Source of the DNA: an uncultured Pseudomonadales bacterium
Lineage (GTDB): Bacteria; Patescibacteriota; Microgenomatia; UBA1400; PJMF01
Length of the DNA stretch: 64,000 bases
NCBI GenBank assembly: GCA_964455555.1
Contig: CAYVXV010000001.1
Span: 149,096-213,095, forward strand
Reading direction: 5' to 3'
Below the pieces are notes generated by a model. It worked only from the letters and a program-made list of their open reading frames with translations, did no database searches and had not been told where the DNA came from. Below, piece after piece: positions 37,308 to 47,046 of the stretch (positions are counted from its first letter, which is position 1; each line of letters starts with the position of its first letter). A program made the translations under genes and the position numbers.

Positions 37308-38336
37308 ATGAAACACAACACCGTAACAGCTTCTGCACCCGGCAAACTGATGCTTGCTGGAAGCTATGCAGTGGTTCACGGCTATCCCGCAGTTGTAACT
37401 GCTGTTGATCAGCGTTTGTATGTAACCGTGACCAAAAATGGAGAGGATGTGTTCCAGCTTTCTGCTCCTGATTTGGGTTTGCATGCTTATTCAAAGACAA
37501 TTGATGATTTAGCCAGAAAAGAACTGCCCAAGGGAGTGCGGTTTATCGAGCACCTTTATAAGCGTTTTTTAGAGTTATACCCCCAGGATCATGGTATTGT
37601 AGTCACTTCCCGCAGTGATTTTTCTTCGTCTTTCGGATTTGGTTCCAGCAGTGCTGTGACGGTTGCCTTTGCTAAAGCTCTAATGACGCTTTATGAAATT
37701 GAAATGACCCCCAAAGAGCTTTTTGATTTTTGTTATCAGGTGATTTTGGATGTTCAGGGAGTGGGCTCAGGGTTTGACCTGGCTGCTGCAATTTGGGGCG
37801 GGACAATTTTTTATCAAAAGCCGGCCGCGGTTGTGGAACAAGTCCCTCTTGATTATGTAGAGATTGTAGTTGGCTACACTGGTATTAAGGCTGATACACC
37901 CACACTTATTCACATGGTTAATTCTAAGCTTAAAGAAAATCCGGAAAAAATTAAGCGCATTTTTAAACAAATCGGTTCTGTTTCCTCAACTTTAAGAGAG
38001 CATTTGATTCAAGGAAACCTTCAAAAGGCCGGCCAATGTTTAACTGAACACCAAAAGCATGTTGAACAGTTGGGGGTCAGTACCGCGATGCTAAACCTAA
38101 TGACCCGTCGTGCAGTTGAGGCTGGTGCCAACGGTGCCACCCTGTCAGGAGCAGGCGGCGGCGATTGCATGGTGGCCTTTGTTGAACCGCATACCAAGGC
38201 AGCAGTTCAAAACGCCATTGCCGCGGTTGGAGGCGAAGTAATTCCGATTTCCTGCGACCAGGAGGGTGTCAGGCTCGAAGCAACAAAGACTAGAATCAGC
38301 AAGCATGAAGAAATGTACATTTCAAGCTTCCAGTGA
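37308..38336 (+). CDS. GHMP kinase, most like phosphomevalonate kinase
   Basis: SAPGKLMLAGSYAV, GFGSSSAV, QGVGSGFDLAAAIWGG, LSGAGGGDC. Confidence 0.8.
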   Translation: MKHNTVTASAPGKLMLAGSYAVVHGYPAVVTAVDQRLYVTVTKNGEDVFQLSAPDLGLHAYSKTIDDLARKELPKGVRFIEHLYKRFLELYPQDHGIVVTSRSDFSSSFGFGSSSAVTVAFAKALMTLYEIEMTPKELFDFCYQVILDVQGVGSGFDLAAAIWGGTIFYQKPAAVVEQVPLDYVEIVVGYTGIKADTPTLIHMVNSKLKENPEKIKRIFKQIGSVSSTLREHLIQGNLQKAGQCLTEHQKHVEQLGVSTAMLNLMTRRAVEAGANGATLSGAGGGDCMVAFVEPHTKAAVQNAIAAVGGEVIPISCDQEGVRLEATKTRISKHEEMYISSFQ

Positions 38337-39294
38337 TATAGCCCTAATTAAATATTGGGGAAAAAAAGATGCTCAAAACCGGCTGCCGGCCAACGGCAGT
38401 ATTTCTATGGTTCTTGAGGGATTGGATACTGTTACAACTGTTGAGTTCTCTCCATCCCTGGCTCAGGATATAGTTTTTCTAGATGGGGTTGAAGTAGTTG
38501 TCGGGAGCAGGGAGGCTGCCAGGGTGTCAAAACACTTGGATAGGATTCGTTCCCTGGAAAACACTGATTTAAAAGCCAAAGTTTACTCAAAAAATAATTT
38601 TCCTAAAAAAACTGGCCTGTCCAGCTCCAGCTCAGGTTTTGCGGCATTGACCCATGCTGCCTTGGGAGCTTTGGAAATAGAACTTTCAGAGAAGGAAATC
38701 AGTATTTTAGCCAGACAGGCTTCGGGCTCCGCTTGCAGAACGGTTTGCGGCGGTTTTGTTGAATGGTTTGCGGGCGACTCGCCGGAAACTTCATATTCAG
38801 AAACAATTGCTGAGCAAGGTCATTGGGATCTGCGGGACATTATTGCTGTTGTCGGCAGCGAGGAGAAAAGGGTTTCTTCAACCGGCGGACATGAATTGGC
38901 TCAAACCAGCAAATTTTTCTCAGTCAGGCAGCAGCATATTCAAGAAAAACTGGAGAAATGCAGGCAGTTTATCAGCGAGAGGTCTTTTAGCGAATTGGGG
39001 CAGTTGGCAGAAGCTGAGGCGCTTGAATTTCACAGCATAATTTTTACCAGCTCACCACCGCTGCTGTTTTGGCAGCCGGGTACAGTTGCGGTCATGAAAG
39101 AAGTGGAACAGTTGCGCTCTGAGGGCATTGAGTGCTACTTTACGCTCAATACAGGCTTCAATATTCATGTTATTGCCCTTCCGGAAAATGAAAAAATTGT
39201 CGCTGAAAGGATTCAGGCTTTGCCATTGGTTGAAGAAATACTGACTGCAAAAGTAGGCAGCAAGCCGAAAGAGCTGCCGGAACACTTATTTTAA
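38305..39294 (+). CDS. mvaD: Diphosphomevalonate decarboxylase family protein
   Basis: IALIKYWGK, LPANGSIS, NNFP..GLSSSSSGFAAL, ARQASGSACR, KRVSSTGG; start moved to ATG 38305. Confidence 0.88.
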   Translation: MKKCTFQASSDIALIKYWGKKDAQNRLPANGSISMVLEGLDTVTTVEFSPSLAQDIVFLDGVEVVVGSREAARVSKHLDRIRSLENTDLKAKVYSKNNFPKKTGLSSSSSGFAALTHAALGALEIELSEKEISILARQASGSACRTVCGGFVEWFAGDSPETSYSETIAEQGHWDLRDIIAVVGSEEKRVSSTGGHELAQTSKFFSVRQQHIQEKLEKCRQFISERSFSELGQLAEAEALEFHSIIFTSSPPLLFWQPGTVAVMKEVEQLRSEGIECYFTLNTGFNIHVIALPENEKIVAERIQALPLVEEILTAKVGSKPKELPEHLF

Positions 39295-39301
39295 GGAAAT
39301 T

Positions 39302-40012
39302 ATGATTAAAGACACGACTCCACAGCACGTAGCAATCATTTGTGATGGCAACCGCCGCTGGGCAAGAGGCAAAGGCTTGCCGGTTTTTAAAGGCCATGAA
39401 TTTGCGGTCAAGAATACGATGGAGGAGTTAATTGATGCGGCTTCAGAAATTGGTATAGATTATCTGACCTTTTGGATCTTTAGTACGGAAAACTGGAATA
39501 GGGATAAGAAGGAAGTAGAAGGCTTAATGAATTTATTCCGCTACATGTTTGATAAGCAGTTGGAGCGGCTGCACAAGAAGAATTATAAAGTCAAGCTTAT
39601 CGGCAACCGAGCCGGTTTGGCAGATGACATTCAATCAAGAATTGAAAAAGGTGAGGAACTGACAAAAAATAACACCGGAATGACGGTGATTTTTGCCATG
39701 AACTACGGCGGCCATGATGAATTGGTTCGAGCCGTTAAGAAAATTACAGAAAAAGTCCAATCGGGAAAGCTAACTACTGATCAAATCACCGAGCAGTTGG
39801 TGGAAGCTCATCTCGACACTAATGGAACCCCAAGCCCTGATATGATCATCAGGCCCGGCGGCGAACAGCGGATGTCAGGTTTTATGTCCTGGCAAAATGC
39901 CTATTCAGAATATTTTTTCACAACTTTTGCTTTTCCGGAATTTACCAGGGATAAGCTTGTTGGTTTAGTGGATGAATTTAAACAGAGAAACAGGCGTTTT
40001 GGCGGGAATTGA
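39302..40012 (+). CDS. uppS: Undecaprenyl/polyprenyl diphosphate synthase (cis-prenyltransferase)
   Basis: PQHVAIICDGNRRWA, FSTENWNR, NYGG, PDMIIRPGGEQRMSGFMSWQ, RNRRFGG. Confidence 0.95.
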   Translation: MIKDTTPQHVAIICDGNRRWARGKGLPVFKGHEFAVKNTMEELIDAASEIGIDYLTFWIFSTENWNRDKKEVEGLMNLFRYMFDKQLERLHKKNYKVKLIGNRAGLADDIQSRIEKGEELTKNNTGMTVIFAMNYGGHDELVRAVKKITEKVQSGKLTTDQITEQLVEAHLDTNGTPSPDMIIRPGGEQRMSGFMSWQNAYSEYFFTTFAFPEFTRDKLVGLVDEFKQRNRRFGGN

Positions 40013-40055
40013 GCTGAAATCAATCGGCGCGAAATCAGAGCGCCAGCGAATAAAG

Positions 40056-40589
40056 TTATAAAATCGCAACGCCAAAGATAGTTTCCAGAATCTGGAATAG
40101 CCAATAGGCAACAAATAAGAGAATGAACCCAACCACAGCTGCGCCGATGCGCTGTTTGCCGGCATCGACTGTTTTCTTGGTAGCAGAACCGGCTAAAACC
40201 TCAAACCCCCCCCAAATCAGCATGACAAATAGGACCAAGCCTGCCATTGGCAGCAAGAATGCCAGCAGCCTGGTAACAATGGCTCCCGGAGTAACCAGGT
40301 TCTCGCTTAAGCCGGATTCACCATAGCGTTTGAGCGGATTGAGTTCGTCAAAAGTTTCGTTGGACGGTCCTGCAACAACGTCAAAGCTGTCGTCAGTAGT
40401 GCCTGTCTGAGCTGTAGTTGGGCAACAGACATAGCCGCTGACGCATTGGTCGCTTCTGACTTTTCTATAATCAGCACCGCAGTTTAAGTTTTCTGGGGCA
40501 CAAATTCCTCCGGCACACATTTGTGCTGAAGCTTCCTTTGGCAGCATGACGAGGAGTGCAAATGATAAAAGTAGTACGATTTTTTTCAT
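40056..40589 (-). CDS. VirB2/TrbC-like pilin 10 with Cys-rich N-terminal module
   Basis: C-x4-C..C..C-x5-CC module; LIWGGFEVLAGS..DAGKQRIGAAVVGFILLFVAYW. Confidence 0.82.
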   Translation of the reverse strand: MKKIVLLLSFALLVMLPKEASAQMCAGGICAPENLNCGADYRKVRSDQCVSGYVCCPTTAQTGTTDDSFDVVAGPSNETFDELNPLKRYGESGLSENLVTPGAIVTRLLAFLLPMAGLVLFVMLIWGGFEVLAGSATKKTVDAGKQRIGAAVVGFILLFVAYWLFQILETIFGVAIL

Positions 40590-40591
40590 TC

Positions 40592-41914
40592 TTAGCCTCC
40601 AAATCCTGGTATTTGCAAGACTGAGTAACCGATAAATTGCAGAATGGCTACAGAGAAGATTATAAAGATAAGCCCGGTAACTGCTGCTACCAGCATTTCT
40701 TTGGCTTCACCAGTGCGTTTGGGATCGCCTGCTGAGACACTGATGATAAACCCGGAGCCAAGGATCATGAGTAGAGAAATGCCTCCGCCCATGGTAAGTC
40801 CAAGTCTGATGAATGTGCCGATAATGTCTTTGGGCGAGCGGTTTATGCAGCCGACTGCTGTCCAAACACCAGCCCGGCCTTCTTCACCTTCATCGCCGCC
40901 TTCGCCTCCGCTTGCACATTTCAAGCAATTGTCTTTGGCCTGAGAACCTTCCGGTAATTGATCACAAAGATAATAAGGCGTGCTCCCGCCGTCCTCAGTC
41001 GAGGTAGTAATCGAGGTAGATGAGGTGTTGCATTGGTCAGCACTGCAGCCGTCTTTTGTAGAAACACCTTTTAACTCGCAGCCGGCAAAGTCTGTTGTCC
41101 GCGGTAATGATTGCGAATTATAAGCCATCATTTTGAAATCATATTTAGCATCCCGGGCCGCACTATTTAAAGTGATGGTTGTATTTACTACACCATTAAC
41201 TGAGTCAGCATGAACGTTGGCCTCACCTCCTAGCCCCGCTTGCTTTATGTCGATTTCTACCCGGCCGTTATAGGGGTTGCCTGCATGCTTCAGACCGCTA
41301 ACTGATAAAGTAATGGGATTGCTACTTCCATGTGCCAGACAGGAATTTCCGGTGTAGTAGCAGGTATTGCCGCTGTTTTGTTGTGAGATTGTCCAGTTGC
41401 ATGGTCCTGAATATTGATCGCTTGAAGTGTTGTATGTGCCGAGTTCACACTCATTTGCAAATGAGCCCAACAGTGCTTTTCGTACTAAGACTACATAATT
41501 TTTATTGTCACCGCTGGTTGGAACAAGCGCACCCATGTCTTTGATGGTGAAGGTGGCTACATAGTTTGTTACCTTAACACAAGCTGAGTTGTTGGGTTGG
41601 CACAACTCGCTAACATTGCCGCCGGCGTCGAGCCTAAAACTGGGGCTTTTGACTAAGCTAGTGGAATATGCATCTAGAACTTTGGCAGCAAAGACCTCAA
41701 GGTGGTAGTCTCGGCTGGTGTCGAATCCTTGGCTCATGTTTATAGTAACCACATGATTGGCACCGGCCGTATAGGCTGGCAAGGTTATTCCTGTTCCGGT
41801 TACATTTGAATATGCCGGACAAGCGCTGGCTGCAAAGACAGGTGTGGGGGAAAGCACTAAACCACTAATAGCAACAAAGGTGACTACCAGCAGAATCAAG
41901 AGCGCTTTTTTCAT
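40592..41914 (-). CDS. VirB2/TrbC-like pilin 11 with large extracellular beta/Cys domain (adhesin-like)
   Basis: Signal peptide, about 320 aa Cys/Ser/Thr-rich region, GVWTAVGCI, SAGDPKRTGEAKEMLVAAVTGLIFI. Confidence 0.82.
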   Translation of the reverse strand: MKKALLILLVVTFVAISGLVLSPTPVFAASACPAYSNVTGTGITLPAYTAGANHVVTINMSQGFDTSRDYHLEVFAAKVLDAYSTSLVKSPSFRLDAGGNVSELCQPNNSACVKVTNYVATFTIKDMGALVPTSGDNKNYVVLVRKALLGSFANECELGTYNTSSDQYSGPCNWTISQQNSGNTCYYTGNSCLAHGSSNPITLSVSGLKHAGNPYNGRVEIDIKQAGLGGEANVHADSVNGVVNTTITLNSAARDAKYDFKMMAYNSQSLPRTTDFAGCELKGVSTKDGCSADQCNTSSTSITTSTEDGGSTPYYLCDQLPEGSQAKDNCLKCASGGEGGDEGEEGRAGVWTAVGCINRSPKDIIGTFIRLGLTMGGGISLLMILGSGFIISVSAGDPKRTGEAKEMLVAAVTGLIFIIFSVAILQFIGYSVLQIPGFGG

Positions 41915-42058
41915 GAATTAATTTTCTTATCAATAGTAACCGGACAGTATCGATATTGTAACCTACGCGTAATTTTAATGCTACAATCGTCTGGAGGAAC
42001 GGGTACAATGTGAGGTGGTATAGTACAGTGGCCTTTACTTAGCCACCAGCCAAGAATT

Positions 42059-43798
42059 ATGTTCTGCCCAGATAAAATTTTTACCATTTTTTCAAGCAAA
42101 ATATTATATTTGCTGGGTTTGCTGTTAGTTGTCTTTGTTGTGGGGGCGCTCAGCCCCGGCAAATATATTCTGGCGGACGAAGTAAAAGAACTGCAAAAAC
42201 AAATTGACGACCTGGAACACCTAAAAAAACTTTCAGAAGATGCCACCACTCCACTTGAGGCAGAGGTGGCCAGCCTTGACCAAAAAATCCAAAATGCCAG
42301 AGCTGGCATTGTTAGGGCCAGGCAGCAGAGCGCTGAGCTGGCCATAGAGATTGAAAAACGCGAAGCGGAAATGTCCTACCAGTACACCATTCTTTCTAAG
42401 CGGATTGCCGAGCAGTATAAAAAAGCCCGGACTTTTTCTCCGCTTTTAATGCTGCTTTCCAGCAATGATGCCAAAGAGCTTACAAAAGATTTGGCCTATC
42501 GAAGCTCAGTCAAGGCTCAAGACAACAGGATGATTCATGCACTTAGTGAAGACATAGCCAACTTGGAGAGAGATAAAAGGACGCTTGAAGAAAATCAAGT
42601 TACGCTAGCCAGATTGGAAAGACAACTCGATGAGCAGGCAGCGTTCTTTAAGGGGGAAATTGCTAAGGCTAGGGATTATCAAAAGGATTTGACAGGAAAA
42701 ATTGCCGAGCTGTCCGCCCGCCAGCAGGAAATTATTAATGCCAGGAGCGGCGGCTTTACCGTGAGCGGAGACAGTGAGTTGGCAGATGATCGCCTGGCTT
42801 CTATTGTGGGTTTTCGCGAGTCTGCTCCAGGCGGTTATTTTGCTGTATTTTCTTTTGGAGCATATACACACCGCAATGGCATGAGCCAATATGGGGCCTT
42901 AGGCAGAGCTAAGAGCGGCCAAAATTATGAGCAGATACTTAAGGCTTATTATCCCAATACTTCTATCAAAAAAGATTACAGCGCAATGAGTCAAATCAGT
43001 GTGGATGGCCATGGATCCGGTTCGTTTGAGGATTGGTACCTGATGAGAATCTACGAAGTTCCTGCCAGCTGGCCAGCCGACGTGCTCAGGGCACAGGCAA
43101 TCGCAGCCAGGACATATGCTATCCGCTACACCAACAATGGCCAGAAATCGATTTGCGCTACTGAGAAGTGCCAAGTTTTCAAAGACTCACCAAAAGGAGG
43201 GGCTTGGGAGCAAGCCGTTAAGGATACCAAAGGAATGGTATTGGTTGATGGGGGCGGAAGCCCTGTGTCCACTCAGTATGCTTCGACTCACGGAGGCTTT
43301 ACCAATACATCCGGTTGGGATACCACCGATGGTTCCGGCGGCTCGAATTTTATGGATAAAGCCTATGACAAAATTGGCGGCTCTCCTTGGCTATACAAAG
43401 CTTGGTGGAGAGAGGGTTACAGTAGCGGCGGCAATACCTGCGGCCGATCCAACCCATGGTTAAGCCCGGAAGAAATGGCGGATATAGTCAATGCCCACTT
43501 GGTTTTGTCCAAGGGTTCGTCCAGTGAGGCAGAGCGGATTAGCCCAGTGACGACTTCATGCTGGGGAGGTAATCCTTACAGCCATGGGGAGTTAAGAGAC
43601 GTAGCTCAAAAATACGGGGGAATTTCTTCCGCCAATAGTGTTTCGGTCACCCAGGGAAATGGCACAACTTCCAAGGTGACTATCAACGGCGTTAGTATGA
43701 GCGGCAGTGAGTTTAAAAAAGCCTACAACCTAAGGGCGCCGGGAAATCTCCGTATTCCTCAGAGCAGTTTTGCCTTCTTCAACGTTGAGCGGAAGTAG
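42059..43798 (+). CDS. SpoIID/LytB-domain peptidoglycan hydrolase with PcsB-like coiled coil
   Basis: N-terminal TM, long coiled coil, HRNGMSQYGA, ILKAYYP, YEVPASWP..LRAQAIAARTYA, CQVF. Confidence 0.87.
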   Translation: MFCPDKIFTIFSSKILYLLGLLLVVFVVGALSPGKYILADEVKELQKQIDDLEHLKKLSEDATTPLEAEVASLDQKIQNARAGIVRARQQSAELAIEIEKREAEMSYQYTILSKRIAEQYKKARTFSPLLMLLSSNDAKELTKDLAYRSSVKAQDNRMIHALSEDIANLERDKRTLEENQVTLARLERQLDEQAAFFKGEIAKARDYQKDLTGKIAELSARQQEIINARSGGFTVSGDSELADDRLASIVGFRESAPGGYFAVFSFGAYTHRNGMSQYGALGRAKSGQNYEQILKAYYPNTSIKKDYSAMSQISVDGHGSGSFEDWYLMRIYEVPASWPADVLRAQAIAARTYAIRYTNNGQKSICATEKCQVFKDSPKGGAWEQAVKDTKGMVLVDGGGSPVSTQYASTHGGFTNTSGWDTTDGSGGSNFMDKAYDKIGGSPWLYKAWWREGYSSGGNTCGRSNPWLSPEEMADIVNAHLVLSKGSSSEAERISPVTTSCWGGNPYSHGELRDVAQKYGGISSANSVSVTQGNGTTSKVTINGVSMSGSEFKKAYNLRAPGNLRIPQSSFAFFNVERK

Positions 43799-43828
43799 TT
43801 TGCCGGGTGAAAGAAAGTTTCCGGCAAA
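43799..43828. terminator. Hairpin between convergent genes
   Basis: TTTGCCGG..CCGGCAAA inverted repeat fills the 30-nt gap between the two stop codons. Confidence 0.55.
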
Positions 43829-44491
43829 TCAAGCTAATAAGCCCAACAGATAGGCTTCAAAAAGGTGTTGAACCAAGGTGTCTTTCTTTTCAACCGGCAG
43901 CATGCCAGGAATTTCAAAAACATAACCGCGTTGGATTAAGCCATTGTCCAGGGCATAATCAGTAAACATGCCGCTATTAGGGCTAACTTTTACCTCAGCG
44001 CTATAGTAACCATCAACAATCTTGTTTCCCAAGACGGGGTCGCTCGGGTCATCAATTCCGTTGTAGAGCTCGACCCCTGCAGCCTCAACCATTTGCTGCA
44101 GAACCAGCCGATTGGGCTTTTTCATTTCGTGGCTGTCATAAAAATAAAACTCGGTGCGTTCATAGTCCTCATGAAAATTCAGGCAGAGATCAAAATTGTG
44201 GTTCGCTAAAATTTGCCGGTTGGCAATGATTTCCGGTTCATTGCTTTGGCTGGTAAACAGCCGGTTAAGATCCTGACCAGCCTGATTGTGGCGCGTCTTT
44301 TGCGCCACTGCTGACGGACTGATCTCAGGTATAAAAAGATAACTACCTAAGTCTTGATTGTAGCGCTCAATATTTTTGTAAATACTGCCGATAACCTCAT
44401 GCTCATCCCCGTGAGTGCCCGAGATTATTAGCAGTTTTGGAGATTCCCCTTGCTGGATATAAGGCACGCTGCCTATTTGACCGGAAAACAT
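43829..44491 (-). CDS. M14-family zinc carboxypeptidase / succinylglutamate desuccinylase-like
   Basis: GTHGDE, DLNR, NFHED, FEIP motifs. Confidence 0.82.
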   Translation of the reverse strand: MFSGQIGSVPYIQQGESPKLLIISGTHGDEHEVIGSIYKNIERYNQDLGSYLFIPEISPSAVAQKTRHNQAGQDLNRLFTSQSNEPEIIANRQILANHNFDLCLNFHEDYERTEFYFYDSHEMKKPNRLVLQQMVEAAGVELYNGIDDPSDPVLGNKIVDGYYSAEVKVSPNSGMFTDYALDNGLIQRGYVFEIPGMLPVEKKDTLVQHLFEAYLLGLLA

Positions 44492-44575
44492 TTACGGCAT
44501 TATGCACTATGGCCATAAAAAAATGCAACAGTTTGATTTGGTGTTTCCCTCGGGCTGTCATACAATACCACCAGA

Positions 44576-45676
44576 ATGAAAATTAGCGGTTTAGCTCTGC
44601 AAAATGTTAGAGGGCACAGCTCTCTAGTTCTTAAGTTTCCGGAAATGGCTACGGTAATTGTCGGCCCAAATGCCAGTGGTAAGACAACAATCATCGAAGC
44701 ACTTTCTCTTTTGGCAACCGGAGAGAGTTTCAGGGCTGGAAAAATTGAAGAAATGATCAATTTTGATGCTGAGCTGGGCAGGATAAAAGCTGTGGTTGCT
44801 GACTTGAGGGACAGTGAGTCCGGCAAAGATGAAATTGAGGCTGTTTTAACCAATGGAGAAGTGCAAGGCAAAAGAACAGCCAAGCGGCTGTTCTCAGTTA
44901 ATGGAATCAGGCGCCGTAAAAAAGACGCCATCGGGAAGTTTTACGCCGTGGTTTTCCGTCCGGAGGATATGCGTTTGATTGAAGGTTCTCCGGGGAGGCG
45001 GCGCAACTTTTTAGACGCGCCGCTGCTGGCGCTTCATCATGAGTATGCCCGCTCAGCCAAGGAGTATGATCAAGTGCTGCGCCGCCGCAATAAACTTCTG
45101 CTGCAGGTTCGGGAAGGCGAGCAGCCCAGGACTTCGCTGCAATATTGGAACTTGTCGTTGGTTAAACATGGCGAAATTGTTCAACGTTACCGGCGCCAGT
45201 TTTTGCAAACTTTCCGCGAAGTCAGTTTCCCTTTGGATTTTTTGATTGAGTACAAACCTTCAGTGATTTCGGAAAGCAGGATTGGCCAGTATTTAGACCG
45301 GGAAATTGCTGTTGGTCACACTCTGGTAGGCCCGCACAAAGATGATTTCGTGGTCACGCTGCCCATAAATTCGGATTTCCGTGACATTGCCGTTTATGGT
45401 TCGCGCGGCCAGCAGCGGCTGGCTGTTTTATGGCTTAAGTTTTGTGAAATTGAGTATGCGTCGGCTCAGTTAAACGAAAAACCCCTGCTGCTTTTGGACG
45501 ATATTCTGTCTGAATTAGACAACGACAGCCGTAAATTAGCGTTGGCGGTAGTACCTGAGTATCAGACAATAATAACCACCACCCAACGCCAGGTCGTTAA
45601 AAATATTGCCAAGAAAATTTCTCCAGCTCAGCTGCTGGAGTTTCAAGATGGCAAACTCACCGGCTTTAAAGGATAA
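44576..45676 (+). CDS. recF: DNA replication and repair protein RecF
   Basis: GPNASGKT, PGRRRNFLD, GPHKDD, GSRGQQR, LLLDDILSELD. Confidence 0.95.
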   Translation: MKISGLALQNVRGHSSLVLKFPEMATVIVGPNASGKTTIIEALSLLATGESFRAGKIEEMINFDAELGRIKAVVADLRDSESGKDEIEAVLTNGEVQGKRTAKRLFSVNGIRRRKKDAIGKFYAVVFRPEDMRLIEGSPGRRRNFLDAPLLALHHEYARSAKEYDQVLRRRNKLLLQVREGEQPRTSLQYWNLSLVKHGEIVQRYRRQFLQTFREVSFPLDFLIEYKPSVISESRIGQYLDREIAVGHTLVGPHKDDFVVTLPINSDFRDIAVYGSRGQQRLAVLWLKFCEIEYASAQLNEKPLLLLDDILSELDNDSRKLALAVVPEYQTIITTTQRQVVKNIAKKISPAQLLEFQDGKLTGFKG

Positions 45677-45689
45677 TCGGAGTGCCAAA

Positions 45690-46550
45690 ATGGAAAAGAC
45701 TGTCAAACCCTATTTTAAGCAATTGATTTTACCCAAGGCCTCATCCCACAAAGGCCAGAATGGCAAGCTGCTCATCATCGGCGGCTCAGAACTGTTTCAC
45801 GCAGCCAGTAAATGGAGCCTGGATATTGCTTCAAAATTTGTTGATATGGTTTTTTATTCTTCAGTGCCAGGCAATAACAAACTGGTGCAAGAGGCAAAAA
45901 AGGAATTTTGGAACGGCATAGTCATTCCGAGGGAAGATTTAGAAAATTATATTGATGAGGCTGACTGCATTTTAATCGGGCCCGGAATGACCCGCGCACT
46001 TGCTTCTGCAGATGGAGAGCCCTCAGCTCTTACTCAAACAAAGTGGGACACTGACACAAAAAAAATAACCGATTATTTGCTAAAAAAATACCCTGACAAA
46101 AAATGGGTGATTGATGCCGGTGCGCTCCAGATGGCAGACCCCAACATCTTAAACAATAACTGCATAATTACACCGCATACCAAAGAACTATCTCAGCTTG
46201 AAAAGAGCATATCAAGGAAAAAACTATTGGATAAAGGCCTGACGATTGTCCTGAAAAGTGAGGTTGATTTGATTATGCAGGGCAAAAAAACTGTAGAGAT
46301 AACGGGAGGAAATCCCGGTATGACCAAAGGCGGCACGGGGGATGTTTTAGCAGGCTTGATAGCTGCTTTGTATTGCACTCACGATATGTTTGCAGCATCA
46401 GTGATGGGAAGTTATGCCAATAAAGCTGCTGGGGACTCTTTGTTTAAAAAAGTTGGGCCTTATTATAATGCCACTGACCTGGTTGAAAAATTGCCGGAAG
46501 TATTTTGGAAATTGGCTCGGGAAGCTGGAGCTACCCCTCAGCATGGCTAG
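45690..46550 (+). CDS. nnrD: ADP-dependent NAD(P)H-hydrate dehydratase
   Basis: SHKGQNGKLLIIGGS, IGPGM, VIDAGAL, ITPH, GNPGMTKGGTGDVLAG. Confidence 0.9.
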   Translation: MEKTVKPYFKQLILPKASSHKGQNGKLLIIGGSELFHAASKWSLDIASKFVDMVFYSSVPGNNKLVQEAKKEFWNGIVIPREDLENYIDEADCILIGPGMTRALASADGEPSALTQTKWDTDTKKITDYLLKKYPDKKWVIDAGALQMADPNILNNNCIITPHTKELSQLEKSISRKKLLDKGLTIVLKSEVDLIMQGKKTVEITGGNPGMTKGGTGDVLAGLIAALYCTHDMFAASVMGSYANKAAGDSLFKKVGPYYNATDLVEKLPEVFWKLAREAGATPQHG

Positions 46551-46551
46551 C

Positions 46552-46917
46552 CTATTTCTTTTTATGTCTTTTTGTTAGCGGGGTAACTGTGCCTTCATGG
46601 TCAATCTCAACGTAATCGCCTTTGTGATTCTTCATGACCCGTACGCTGATTTTCTCCAGTCGCCGCTGCATAGTAGCCAGCTGCATGGTGACCAATACAG
46701 CCAGGGCGGTCATCAGTAAAGCATAAATAAACAGGGAAATCATGGTGCCGTCTTTGCCGAGATAGGGGTCAACATAACCGGCCACAAAGCCCTTAATCAG
46801 TTCGTTCCAGGCCAAAGCTACTACGACACCAAAACCGCTTGTAGCCAGCGTAACCATGTTTTTTACCATTGCTAAGGGCAGCTCTTCAAATTTTTCCGGT
46901 GTTTCAATTTTTGCCAT
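46552..46917 (-). CDS. DUF5654-like small membrane protein
   Basis: LATSGFGVVVALAWNELI..YALLMT; start moved to MAKIE because a -10 TACAAT lies 6 nt upstream. Confidence 0.75.
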   Translation of the reverse strand: MAKIETPEKFEELPLAMVKNMVTLATSGFGVVVALAWNELIKGFVAGYVDPYLGKDGTMISLFIYALLMTALAVLVTMQLATMQRRLEKISVRVMKNHKGDYVEIDHEGTVTPLTKRHKKK

Positions 46918-47046
46918 GCCGATATTGTAAGTCAAATCCTGGCAAAAGTTAAGTTTAGCTAGTTATTGTTGTTTATTGGCTGATTTTCTTTGCAGTTTAT
47001 GCAAAAATTACTGATATAATAAGAGACATAAAGCACAAGGACGTAT

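Noticed and set aside
11211-41914. Integrative conjugative element or prophage
   Set aside because: No integrase, relaxase, phage structural genes or flanking direct repeats seen; housekeeping genes are interleaved.
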